DNA of 63,904 nucleotides, the filler included, from Choristocarpus tenellus KU-1152 (taxonomy: Eukaryota; Protista; Phaeophyceae), in NCBI GenBank assembly GCA_964200185.2. It is 8 parts of 8 records of this genome, joined end to end, with 100 filler letters (N's around TTAATTAATTAA, not from the genome) between each part and the next. Parts side by side here need not be neighbours in the genome. Positions count along the whole stretch, not along the records: positions 24,430 to 44,391 come from CAXNAD020000428.1; 7 more parts are not named here. The stretch is one strand, 5' to 3'. The position numbers were made by a program, and so were the translations under genes. Shown in pieces: positions 25,652 through 38,932 of this stretch; position 1 is the stretch's first letter, and each line of letters starts with the position of its first letter. Below the pieces are notes generated by a model. It was not told the DNA's origin. It was given only the letters and a program-made list of their open reading frames with translations, and ran no database searches.

Positions 25652-28600
25652 GGAGATGGAGAAGGTGTTGCTGTGTACCCCCTGCAGCATTGCCTGGGGC
25701 AGCTTGCACAAACCTTTTTCCTAACCAGCTGAAGTCATGACAGTCGCCAGTAGTGACCCGCTCCCCAACTGCCCTGCACCAGGCTCATACTTGAGGTTCA
25801 AGAGGGAGTTGTGGGATGGCAGCAGATACTGGATAATGCAGGGTTCAGAACAATCTATGTGGAAGCTGTTTGTGTGTGGTCTTGCCTAGTGCATAGAAGA
25901 GCTGAGTGGTGTGCTCGAGACATTTTGAAGGGGTGTTTATGTTTGCTGTGTGTATGAGTGTGGACTGAGCCCTGTTTCAACTGGGGGTGGGGGGGGGGGG
26001 GGAGGGGCTAGCCTGCCGACTGTTGTGTGAGACGGGTATGGCTGTAGGAGGTGTAGACAAAAAGACACTAGATGAGCTTGGATTTTATGCTTGTATGAAA
26101 AGGAAAGCTAAGGTAGTGAGGCAGGTTTGGCAGGAAGGAGGGCACACGTAGGGGGTAGTTCTTGAAGGATGGCCATCTGTTTAGTGAAGGGGTGTGTGTG
26201 TCTACTATTCTGAACTTGGTGTGCAGATAGGGCACCATACAAGGCCTTGGATATATTTCTATTTTCATTCGAAGTTTGTTGTCTTTTTGTGAAATTCAAC
26301 ATTTGAAGGGAACCTTTTCTCTTGTATGTACAGTAAGAACATGTCTGGTGTTGTGATCAATCATTCCACACTTGCAGGGGAGAGACAGGAGGGGAGGGGA
26401 GGGAGAGAGAGAGAGGTAGCACAGAGATTCTGCCGAGAAGGAGGAGAGGAGGAGGTAGAGGGGGGTGGGCACAGACGGAGAGAATACGGGATACGAGAGT
26501 GAAAGGAAAACCATTGGGGAAAAGTTGATGCCTGGGTGGAGGAGGGTGTGTGTGTCACAGGAAGATTGTGTGTCTCCAGGTGTGTGTTGTGTCAGGTGCA
26601 TTTTGTATGTGTGTGGGTTGGTTGTCCTTCTTTTGCAGTGTGGGTTTTTGTCACAAGACTTTCTATGTGCAGAGCGTATCATACCTTGCGAAATCAAACC
26701 TGGAGATTTCTTACTAGGAGATTTATTTTTTGCACTGGTGGCCGGGGGGGTGGGGGTGTGTGTTGTTTGGACTGAACGAGGTTGTGAGGCTGTGAGAGTA
26801 AGGTTGAGGTTGGGGTCCGCTTCCCACACTACGATAGTGTGTACGATGCTCTTTAAGCTAAGAATTGTTTGAAAACAGGAATGTTTTGATTTGTTTTGCG
26901 CCATGTACGGAACGAGTCGGAGGAAGGCTCAATTTTGTTGTTGTTGAGAGAATAAGGAAAGTCTTTGGGGGGAGAGGGGAGGAGGAAACTCCTGCCCTGA
27001 AAACTGAGCTGTTAATTGCTGCTCTTTACAGACAGACCCAAGCAAATAAAGGGGTGATTTATCTCATTTATACTCTCTTGTGTGATTTTCCTTAGGGTGG
27101 TCTGTCACGTTCTGCAAACGGGATTTTTTTTTGTCTTTTTTAGCACACTTTTTTTCAAGAATCATGACGCCAGATTTTTTCAAAATCTGCCTCTTGGTTC
27201 ATTGTGTGTTCGACACATCAGGCAGGTGTTGGGGGGGATGGGAGGAGATTTTCGTTACGGCATGTAATATGGGCTATAGGTTACTCTAGTTGCCGTGTTA
27301 TCTCCTTCTGGTCTATTGTGCACTGTGGTCTTTGGTTAAATAGGGCTTGCTTTGCTTGCAGCAAGGTGCATTACATGTCAACTTGCATTCATATGCACGA
27401 ATGTGGATTGATTGCACTGCATATGTTTTGCTGTTCCTTGGGTGTGCTCATGAGGCGTCACTTGCCTGCTTGGTGTTGTTTGTAGGTGTCTTCGATATTG
27501 TTTTTCATTTTTCTGTGGGTGAAGCAAAGGAATATTAACAACATGAGTCCGTTACAGGCTGCACTTGTGATAAATCCTGCTTATTGCTGCATCTCTCTGC
27601 TCCACACTTGAATGAAAAAAGGATGTGGGTTGGATTTGGTTGTGCCATTTTAGACTTTATTTAACTTCATAAAATAGGCTTGTCTCTCCCTCTCTGCAAG
27701 GCATATTATTGCCTCAGGCACTTCTATGTCCTTGTAATCATCAGGCAGAGAGAGAGGCAGTTTGTGAGGTTGAATCCAGTTGGACCTGGAGATGGGGATG
27801 AAGGAGGGAGGCAGTGGTGTACCTCTGATACACTCAAACGTGGACCCCTTTACCAAACTGAAAGGCTTACTTTACTGATGTGTTACATTTTCTTTGTTTA
27901 TGTGTCAAAATGCACTGCATTGTCTTTCCACTTATTTTGCTCTTTGATCATGTAGGAGCATAAAGGGCAAACGCAGTGTATGATGCAACATCTTTAACAT
28001 AAGTATAAATAATCTAGAATATAAATCCCTTGAAACACATCAGCAGCAGCATGGTGAGGGAGTGGCACGGGACATATATATTATCAGCAACACCACACTT
28101 GGCAGGAAAAATATTAAGCTACCTATTACAAGAGATGTAATCGTCTATGAAACCTAATGTTCAAAGGACTAAGGGGGTGGAAGAGATGATACAGGGCACT
28201 TCATCTCTTACAATATCATCTCGAGGTGTAGATTTTCCCATCTCATTGGTCTCACTATAGTCAAGATGAGTATGTTGTCAAAATTGGACATGGAAAATAT
28301 TTTTGTGATGTTGAAGCCCACCATAATACTTCAACTTCAAACTACACTTAGATTAGGATCCTGAACCTGTGCTTGAACACACACTTCTGGTCTTCTGTAC
28401 TTAAGAAAAAATATATTATTGAATTGTGAGTGAATCTGCATATACAAAGGATAGACAAAAAAAGAAATCAACAGTTCATAAATCTCCATGAAAACACAGA
28501 CCTGGCCAAAAAAGGAAAGGCATAATTCAACCAGAAAGGAAGAGTGGACAGGAGGCTGGAGGATGATAAGCATGAAGAGTTTGACCAAGGATCTATTGAA

Positions 28601-29089
28601 GGTGCCAGAAGAGTATGTAGGTGACCCAATTGCTGCTTCTCCATATGCCCAGCAGTATCAACAGAAAAAGTGATGAGTGGAGAGGATAAAACCATCTGAA
28701 GTGACCAACGATAAAACGCCTTCAAGACATCTGAACACCATAAAAGCAGGTCTCATTCACCCTTCCACAACACTCTCCTTGCACCACTGCCTTGCACAGA
28801 CAAGGGGCTTACCACAATAGCTAAAGAAGATGCGCAACCTCATTTGGTGATAGGCCATAGGCAATGCAGGCACCTCATTATCAAGTTTTTTTTTAGTTGA
28901 AGGTTTATTATTACGCCTAGACAGCACCATGCCAAGAGAGCAAAGGTAGATGTACAGGGGGATCAGGTTGAGCCTGGTCACACGATGCTGGTGTGGTCAT
29001 CACAATACACCACAGGGATCTACTCCAATCCCCCCCCCAAGTGAGATCCTCCCACAAACAAGTATCTTGTCCTTGCATCCACCTTTCCA

Positions 29090-32000
29090 TTACGCCTTGA
29101 GAGCATACCTCCGCTTTGGGAGGTTAGCTACCCGCTTGATCTCACGGATGGTCTTCTTGTTCGCCTGTGTGTATGGCAGTCAATCGAACATCCAAATGGT
29201 CTCCATATAAAAGTGCTCTTACTACTTTTTCTCAATAAAAAAAGTCAGTCACTACTACAGCTCATATTTTTCATTTTGTTGTTTCAAAACCCCCCCAATT
29301 TGCAGAACAATCCTTCTCAACAAAGCACTGCCTGTTCTGTAAAAAGACAACCAACCAAACTACAAAAAAAGAGAGTTTTTTACGCACTAGAAATGGAAAA
29401 CCTTCTTTTACACCACAAAAGGTTTTGGTGAGCACAAGAAACGATTGGAAAAAATACGTAGGAAAAACATTTCCAAAAGTTGGAAAGGAATTTGTGAACA
29501 CCTATTACAAGTGCAGAGCATGGCACGCGATATACCTATCGCACATGGGGGCAAAACCCCGCTGTGCAAGTAAAATCGTCTTAATTCTCATAAGAAAACA
29601 GTACTATACAAACAAAAACCTCACAAAATATCCCAACACTCCCACATCCACCCCCTCTTATCAGAAAACATACCGCATCAAAATGCTGACACTACAACAA
29701 TAATCAATCAAATTGGGGCATTACGTTCACAATACCCCCTCTCCTCTCAACCTTTCATACGAATGTATTTTATTATCATATTAGTCTAAATGCACAGTAA
29801 CTGTTCACCTTCAACCTAGCACAGTACACAACACTCAGAGTAAACACAATAACCAAACACACAAACAAACACACCTGTTTGGGGGTAAGACGCCGGCGAA
29901 TGGCTCGGGTCTTCTTTGGGCGAAGATCGATTGGCACATACTTTGCATTCTGAAAGTGAGCACGGTACTGCGAGATGACAAAGAAAATGAGTGAACGGGA
30001 TGGTAGTTAGGGATCAAGGGTGGAAAAATGGCACAGGTGGGTATTGGAACTTAAGACTTGTGGGAAAAAAAAACCACACACAAAACATTCGGAAGAAAAT
30101 TATCTTAGGAATAATGAAGTCATCCCACAGAGCATTATGCTGAGTATTTGGGTGCAACTATAGGCTGTTTAGCTCCATCTCTCGTCAACTGGAGCTAACT
30201 CACCGTTTTGCCAAATGTAACCGCCATACACACAGTCTGCACAGGAAAACCCTGTTAACTGCACTAAAAAAGACCTAGCAATGCCCACCTACTTTAGCTC
30301 CTCCAGGAGTTACTGAGAAAAGAAGGTATACCTTCTGTACCTTCAACCTTATCTCTCCTTGTCTAAGACCCCTTTATCATCGTAGGACAGTTTGTATCTA
30401 TATCAGCAATTACATTTACTCAATCCCTCAGTACTCAAAAATCAACAAAACCATCAACCATGGGACCCATTTGTGTCAGCACACACCAACCAATGATAGT
30501 GTACTAATCCAGTCAAGTCATACCATAAAAAAATCAACATGAAACCTAAAGACCTCATTCATAAACCTTGTAATACAACAACAGAGCATACATAACCACT
30601 AAGCAAACAATCAAAGGTACAGATTTAGAGTTATTCTTCCTTTGGTTAACATCAATAAAGTCATTCTCGTTCACATCCCGTCACTCGGGGACAACCCACA
30701 CTGTCCAAGACCACTCTTCTAAAGATGAAAAACAGGCCCACTTCACACACAAAACGAAAAACTTCTGCTATCGACCCTGACCACATTTGAACCGTCACAA
30801 AAACATCCAATAAAATAAACACCTCTAGCTCTGACAAATGATCTGAGCACAGACCCCTTCCATAGAATTAAGCAGATGGACCAACAACTGGTAACAGAGG
30901 CATCAATGAAACTGGCTTGGTTGTGCACACCACGGACAAGACTGTAAGGACCTTGCAATGGTCGCTTATCAAGACACGCTTAAGTCCAGAAGGGGAAATT
31001 CACCAACCAGCCTCAATAGTTTACATTTAAAATGCCAAGACATCTACAAAAATGTCCTTACTCCCTGAGTCTTGTCAAAAGGCAAACAATGCCTCAAAAA
31101 ACAAAATTGACGACTCTGATAAGTCATGGATACTATACCTACCATCCCCCAAGCCAGCTACATCATTACACTATCAGAATTACTTGAATAAGATATTTCT
31201 TCACCCTTTGATGTAAATTTGCTCAACCTTGATGGAACGCACCTTGCACCTCTTATCCAAAAGTGCTTTACCCAACTCACCACCAATACTACACAGATCC
31301 AGCTAGCATATTTTCAGATATGCATCTTCTTACGTAAAAAAACATGCATCTATCTCCACTATCTTACACAAAACATAAGAAGACTAATCAAATACTCAAT
31401 ATGCAAGCCCAGAAGAGTAAAGTCAAGCAATTAAAGTGACAACTCTGAGAAGGTAACATTTAGCAAGATATGTATGCAGAATCTAACCTCATCCAATCCA
31501 CACACATATCCCAAGACCGCATTCCTAATCAAATATTCCTGTGCCCGAGCTGACACGCATACCAGAGCTTTAATCAAAACTACATCGCATACAAGAAAAC
31601 ACTCAAACGTCACATATACGCATCAAAAGAAGAGATCACCTTAGCCTTTTGGGACTGATGGTATACTGTCAGCACACGTGCAATGTTCTTGCGAACAACT
31701 TTGATCTTGGCCAACTTTGATGCAGCTCCACCAGTTACCTGAGCCACCCGCAACTATGTAGAGAAGAGGAAGAGACACCACAGGAATACAAAACAGAATG
31801 GACAACGTAGAAACCATCCGATTTCTGAGGTTAAATATTTTTCGACAATGTCAATACCTTGAGGTGAATAATTCTTTGTAGTGGGTCAGGAAAAGGCAAA
31901 GATAGCGAAGGAGTTACCTAATAATTGCAACTGGGATGAAAAATAGGATTTCAGTAAAACGACCCTTTAAGTAGGTAACCCTTGTTGGTCCAGAGCGTAT

Positions 32001-33854
32001 CATTCATTGGTACCCTGATTAGCCATCCTCAACCCCACTGTTCCCTGCTCATGTCAGAACAAGTTAATGTGAGGAGAAACTAGAAAGAGTGCTGTGGGAG
32101 AAAGTGCTTGGTTCAAAGTACTTGGCGGGTGAGGGGGTGGTGCCTGTCCATTCGGGGCCCATTTTTCCACCTTGCGATTTTTGGGTGATTTGGTTGCATG
32201 TGTTGGATAATGTAAGCGAGCTTCTCCTGGTCAGGGTCCGAATGGACACCCTGGTGTAGACCTCCCCCCCCCCTCACCCAGATACTTTGAGCGACTTAAC
32301 AGAAAGGAACAGACCCTAGCAATGGTGGTAGTAGCACCAAGGAGGATATGTATGCGTGTGAACATACAACAAAAAACCTCACCACTGTCCCTACACTCAC
32401 TTCAATGCAACCCACAGCACTAGATAGAGAGGGAATATCTCGATATGATCTGTACCCTTCGTGTCGATTGTTTTTCCTGAGAGCTTATTCTAGGCTCTTC
32501 AACACAAGCTAATAAACAATAGGCTAACAAGTAGAGTATTTGAAACTATTGTTGTAAGAGAAGAAATGTCCCAGTAAACTTGCAACCGAAGAAATCGAGG
32601 TTATCACTACTAAAACAAAGTATGTCGAGCTCTTTGTAGAGGAAAAACACAAGTCTTTATCCTAGGGACATCAGTATGTATCTATGACCCTTCAAACAAA
32701 TCAAATTAGTACATTGAGAGCATCATGCTCTGGTTTGCGTGCGTGGAGGGGTATGGATGCTGGGCGATAACCTGACAAGGTGAAGGGTGGATTCAATAAG
32801 AGGTCACAGAGTTCAGCAAGACGAGTACTGCCATGAACTTGGCATACAAAAATCTAGAGCTCTAGGACTTTGAAAGGACTAAACTTCTTGAGACGAGAGA
32901 CATTGGAACTCATTCAGAGCTGCTGCAATATACACGCAGATCGTAGAATGGATATAATGGGTGGGTACGCACCTGAGACAGTTCGAGGCGGAATTCATTG
33001 AGCTGGTTTGTCAGCTCTCCCTTGCTTGATGAACGCAGCTGGTGTGCCTTCACCTTAACTGTTTTGCGAAGGCGTCGACCATATCATGGGGGTGAGAGAG
33101 AGTCAAGAGTGGTAGATTAAGGGGCGCAGTGTCACTGTAGAGAAACAAGTGGGTTCATGCGTTATAATCGACAGTTGACGACTGAGCGGTTGTCTATACC
33201 CTCAAGTCGACTCCACACTTGATGCAATCGCAATTTGATGTAACGAACCTTTATATCTGCGCCAAACCAGGTCCAATAGTACCAACCTGGCACCCCATGC
33301 TTCAATCCCAACAATATTTCTGGAGTACCCGTTTCATTTGTAGACACAGCAAGTGTCTCTCCACCAAAAATTTGCATTGTAATGAGGTTCGATTTCACCT
33401 CAACTAGGGAAAACTCTAGCTTTGGTTCTTGTTTTGAAATTCACAAGCAACATGAGGTTGGGGTGAAAAGACTAAAACAGGAAGTAAAGCCTACACGTGT
33501 GACCTCCACATTTTTTAGATGGGTATTTCCTTCAACCCTCGTAGCAAGGCAGTTCCCAAAATGACCTCCATATCGCAAGCTACCCGTCAGCGCGTATCAT
33601 ATGCTAAGCCACAGTGTCACTGGCTTACGAACTTACGGCAATTCCCTCTATTTTTGGAGTACTATACTTAGGACTGAGGCGAAACGCACGAGTACAAGAA
33701 TTGAGTAGGGCATGCTCAAACAGATGTGATCACATGACGACCATTGATGGGTCAAATCTGTTTTCTAGGTACAACGTATTCAAATTGTACGTACACCACC
33801 ACCAATGAATCCAACCGCAGAGTAATCAGTGGCACATGCACCTCACTCACCCAT
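29090..33854 (-). CDS. RPL35: 60S ribosomal protein L35 (uL29)
   Basis: Exons 33854-33851, 33058-32973, 31753-31640, 29967-29875, 29164-29090 give [10 protein letters not shown]...[30 protein letters not shown]...[17 protein letters not shown]...RRYALKA*. Confidence 0.97.
32110..32293 (+). mobile_element. MITE family B copy in RPL35 intron 2
   Basis: GGTTCAAAGTACTTGG ... CCAGATACTTTGAGC with poly-G/poly-C subterminal tracts; body recurs at 54.8 and 58.7 kb. Confidence 0.85.
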
Positions 33855-34073
33855 GGTTGCGTTGAGTGCCGCCTGGCTCCCCTTCTAGTGTGACCCATAT
33901 CATAGGTCCATAGCCACGAAAATTAAGGTGTAGGGTTAGGGTTTTTCTTTATAGGACTAGAGCTTTCGCCTCCAGAGGCGATTCAAACATGGTAGAGGAA
34001 GATGTGTTGTAGGGTGAGTGTTAAGGAGTCCTTGTATAGGTCGCGCTTGACGGGACCACAGTCGTTGTGAGGT
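33855..34073. promoter_or_regulatory. Bidirectional promoter RPL35 / LSM5 with telo-box
   Basis: 219 bp between divergent ATGs; TAGGGTTAGGGTTTT at 33931-33945 (AAACCCTAA on the minus strand). Confidence 0.75.
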
Positions 34074-35096
34074 ATGGCGGCGAGGCTGCTGCCGCTTGAG
34101 CTTATTGATAAATGTATAGGATCCCGACTGTGGATCATTATGAAGGGGGATAAGGTGAGACTGATGTATATTGTGTTGCCCGTGCTTGCTGCCATGGGCA
34201 TCCTCATTGTGGGGAGGTCGCCATCCCTCCTTGTTCTTTCCTTTGTCTTTATATCTGCGGGGACCTTTGGGATCAATGTGGGATCAACGGTGCTCCTACA
34301 CTACTGCTTTAGGGAATATCTGGAGAAATTGCAATTCCCTTCTAACTCTTATTACAGTCTTTCGTTTTCTCTTCATCGGCCCTCTAGTCTTCCAGCAGTA
34401 AACTTTGGATACCCTTTGATCCCTTACTGACTGGTTCGCTCTGGAACTAAGATATCGCTGGTCTTAAACCTTGCTATCTCGATCATTTACACCCTATTAG
34501 GTGGTCTGCTTCAAATGCCTCGCAGCCTTAGCAAAATGGGTCGTGGACCCTCCCCCCATGTCCCTAACCTATTTCCCCTACCCGGACTAAATTCAGGAGC
34601 TGGTGGGGACTTTGAGGGGTTTTGATGACTATGTAAACATGGTTCTAGATGACGTGACAGAGTACGAACTGGATGCGGATGGGACCAAGCAAAAGATCCA
34701 TCTTGATCAGGTAGTGATATTTGACTTCCTTTCTTAGTGGTGTCGCCTAGGTAAGTTGGCAGAATTTTGTGGAGGTGATAGGTTTGATCCTTTACCAACA
34801 GTTAGGTGAAGAGGTACGCAATAATATTCAAGGGCCTTGCTCTTCAAATGAATTTGCTCTCGGTTCAACGTTACCCATACTATCGGCAATGTCAGGGGCT
34901 CAAAGAAAGACGTCAAACAAACTCCGAATGAGAACGCAAGAGAACGCAGCAATGCAAAGTGTTGTGCCCTCATTATGTATTTTTTGAGCATGTATTGCTT
35001 GACCCCCCTCGTGCCCCTTCCCCCCTCTTACAGATTCTCCTCAACGGAAATAACGTGGCCATGCTTGTACCTGGAGGAAGCCCAGAGGGTGCATAG
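34074..35096 (+). CDS. LSM5: U6 snRNA-associated Sm-like protein LSm5
   Basis: Exons 34074-34154, 34597-34710, 35034-35096 give [50 protein letters not shown]...[23 protein letters not shown]. Confidence 0.97.
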
Positions 35097-36379
35097 CGAG
35101 AAGAGTGGGGTGGGGGATACGGGGACAGGTTGCCAAGCACTACCAGACACTTTTAAGTTCAAGGCTCATATCCCTAACTAAATGTAGACCTGGATGCGAG
35201 TATCATTGTGCATTATTCCAGTCATTGGGAGGTCCTTTTTCAAGTGCACACACACAGCCCATCTTTGTTGGCATGTGGTTGAGACTTAGTACAAGGCCCT
35301 ACTGCTCTCTTGCCCTTCCAGCAGAGCTGGACATTCAACATACCAGTTCAAAAGGGAGTAGTACGCTGATATTGTTACTGAGAAACTATTACAAGGAACA
35401 TTGGTGCTTTGTTCAGCTCTTTTGTTCAGCTTCTCTTTCAAGACAGGAAGGTGGGTGCCTGACCTATTAACAAGGTTTTGTATATGTTACAACAGTTCTA
35501 TTTTGCGAGCAGGTGTTGGTGTGGGGTGAAGAGGACTCCATCCAGTTGGTGCCTGTGCTTAACCCCCCTTCCCACCACCCCCAACAATGCTGGGTGTGGA
35601 GCTTGGCTGTTCCTTGGGCATTGTTGTAATGGTGCTTCTCCTCAGTCTCAACTACGTTTGTGAGACTGCACATTTTTTTCTCCCTCGGCTGACCTCAAGT
35701 CTTATTATGTCATGCTGCAGATTGTATAGGTAGTTTATTGGGGGTACTGCATGATGGGTAGTGGAGAACAGTCATTCCCAATCAATAGCCCATTATATAC
35801 AGAAATATTTTCTAATGAAGGAGGATGCAAGGCAAATCCATGACTAAATGTTTGAAAAAGGTGATTTCCCAATGTAGAATCTATCTTGGGACTCAGTGCT
35901 GCCTGTGGTCGTTGAAATTTATACTCTATATTAGATTGGTTTTGACATATAAGAGAAGACTGTGACCATATTTGCCATGCAGACTGTTCTAAGTTAACAC
36001 AGCATATTGCTATGTGACTGATGATTCTCATCCTGCCTGTGGATTGGCAGCAACCTTCATGTCATACAAGTTTGAACGAGGGGTTCAGATGGTCGAATCA
36101 AGTTGGATACGGGCAAGGCATAAGTGCACAATGCCGAGTTAAGTGCTAGTGGAACTGATATGAAGAGTACTTCAATATATACTCAATATCCAGGAGTAAA
36201 GAGTCCAACAGGGGATGAATGAAAAACGGCACCATGGGATTTCTTATAGGGATGGATAATTTCGTCCTAAGTGTGCCACTAAAAATGCTGTGCATCTTTC
36301 TACTTTTTGTGATGATGGTCACTATGTGTCTCAAATGGGATTTGACAGCCCCTTTCCTACATGTTCTCCTGCCATTCTC

Positions 36380-36790
36380 CTACCTACTCCGGTGGCGGCT
36401 AACTCATCTCATAAGCTTGTGCTTACTTTCCAAAGCACCCACAACTTTACACTGTGAAATTGTTGAGACGTAACTACAAGGGTCAACAGCAATATGCAAA
36501 AGGAAGTCTTTGCCCTGGTAGGGAGCTGAGCTGGCGTCTGGGAGTGCCCCAGTATGGGACACGCTTCAAGTCCACTGTAAACAGGCTGCCATCCTCCATA
36601 GTGCAAGGAATGCCCATTCCCCTCAAGAGTTGGCCTGGGCGTTTCACTGTTGGCGTATTTTGGCGCACTTATCCTGTCACCCTAGGGCAGGTGTGGACAT
36701 GTCGGGTGTTGATATTATGCCTCCTGCACCCAGCCACTGGGTGCCTGTTGGATAGGGACTCCCTTCCTAGAGATCTGCTGGCAGCAAGCC
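36380..36790 (-). mobile_element. Degenerate non-LTR retrotransposon remnant, same family as 20.6-21.4 kb
   Basis: GMGIPCTMEDGSLFTVD versus LMGIPCEMEDGRPFVVD; nucleotide match CTGCCATCCTCCAT..GCAAGG.ATGCCCATT. Confidence 0.6.
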
Positions 36791-38932
36791 TAAACATTTC
36801 CACATCATAATATACCGCCAATGATTGCTTTCATAGTCATATGGAACCACTACAATTTAACCGAAACTCGTATTCTAAAACACTGCTACAGACTGTGGAA
36901 AGAGTGTGGTAACAACATCGCTGAGTGTAGCAAAAATATTATTTCTTGGAGGGATATCTTTCACATTTGACGATGAATAGTTGTGGTTTTTCGATACATC
37001 TGCTACAAGTCAGGTGGCATAATAATATACAATGTACGGTACATATTGTTTACATTGTGCAAAACATCTGCAAAATGTCAGAGGGCACGATAATATCCTC
37101 TACCATTATTTACATTATTATGCCCTCTCACAAATATGTCCTCTTCTGCCTATGACCACGATGGTAGACAGTATATTATTATGAGTGATTATGCTTTGTG
37201 GTGTTGACTTCTTGGTATCTACCAATGGAAGGCGGAAGGAGGAGATTGTGGTGACTCTTGCCTATATGACATGTGATGTTGTATTATGGAATAGATAATC
37301 ACCGTGTCCTGTTGGTCTCTACCTTGAGACTGATCCCAGAACTATGCAGTGGGGGTGGGGCAACATGGTCCCACGCTCCATACATGAACACATTCCCTCA
37401 ATTTATGAAACTACTCTATACCTTGAGCAGAATAAATTTGGGATATACAGACTGTTATTATATATCTGCGAGATGTCAGCGGGAACAATAATGAAAGGAT
37501 ATCAGTGATCAACTTCGGTACATACGCATCTGTATCATCCTCCGAATGTCAACTACTCTATGTGATCACTGGATTGCTATTTTATGCTTGACACACCACA
37601 CTGATTAATATTACACAACAGCACACAAACCATTGGTGTGCCGTTTATCCAAGCGTGTTCAAGGATGATCCCTGAATATAATGTACAGTAATTGTCACAA
37701 AAGAGTACATTGCCATGGTTTATGAGTGTGCTCTACAATGTTGGTGTCTTCGCCTCCAGGAACCTACACTACGCTGATGCAAGACGTTACAGTGGGGTTG
37801 GGGCAATGACCTCACACCCAATGCATGTACGCATGCCCACAGAACTGTATATCTGAAGGATACCTTCAGCAGCATATCAGTGGTGGACTGTATGATACAT
37901 ATCTATAAAGTTCCTGGTCACAATACTGTCATATAAATAGTTGTCATTAGTGAATTACTACCTTATGATTGTGAGCACCGATTGGTCCCCTGGTGGTGCC
38001 TATGGCGTATTGCAGCACGTGTTCCCAACAGTTCTAAGATGTAAAAGTGATACTCTGCAGTACAAAAAAAACAGTGCTTCAATGGAAGTTTTGCAGTTCC
38101 TCGTGTCACAGGACAAACTTCAGCTCACATACGAACAATCCGCCTCGACAGTATTCATGCTGTGATTTTTTTTTTCTCAGACCACTCAATTCCATTGGTA
38201 ATAATATGAACAGCAAGACCATACCCCTATCTTCACAAAGAGACAGAAATCTTCGCCTCCTTGGCTGGTGTGCAGGACCCCACATGCATGCAGAAGAAAA
38301 ACAAGAGTAGCGTGGTAGTGTTATCAATCTCAAACCTCTGGTGGAGTTTTGGCTCTGTGGGGGAATGTGAATGTACTCTCCAAGTCATTTCTTGAATGTA
38401 TAGCACTTTTTACTACCAACAGACTCTATCGTACTGGTGGTATGAGAACTGGTTCAGTTGAAAGCATTCTGGAGAGATTGTAGATCCCGAATGAGAATAA
38501 TTCCACTTGTAGGTTAACATCAAACTGTTGATGTACGTTCAACTGACTGAGTACTTTGTTCTTGTTGTCCATAGTACAGCATCAGATATTCAGGTCGAGT
38601 GGGGTATGTATGTACTATCTTGAGTATTTCTGGTACCTATTGGAGGTCCTGGACTGTGAAAGTACCACAAACAACACCATTGAACTTTTGGAGGAAACAA
38701 CACAGGTCAGGTTCGATTTGCTAAGCATATCCAGTAAACAAACATTCAGCAAAGTATCATGCTTGTAGGAAAATCTCATGATCACTACACAACTCCTACC
38801 ACACATCACAAAAAATTGGTCAAGAGGGCAAGTCAACAGGATACATAATTTGACTATTCAAACTAAATTACTATTACATTCCCTGAAAAAAACCCTGGGC
38901 ACTTGCTGTTTCCTTCTATCCCCTTACATAGC

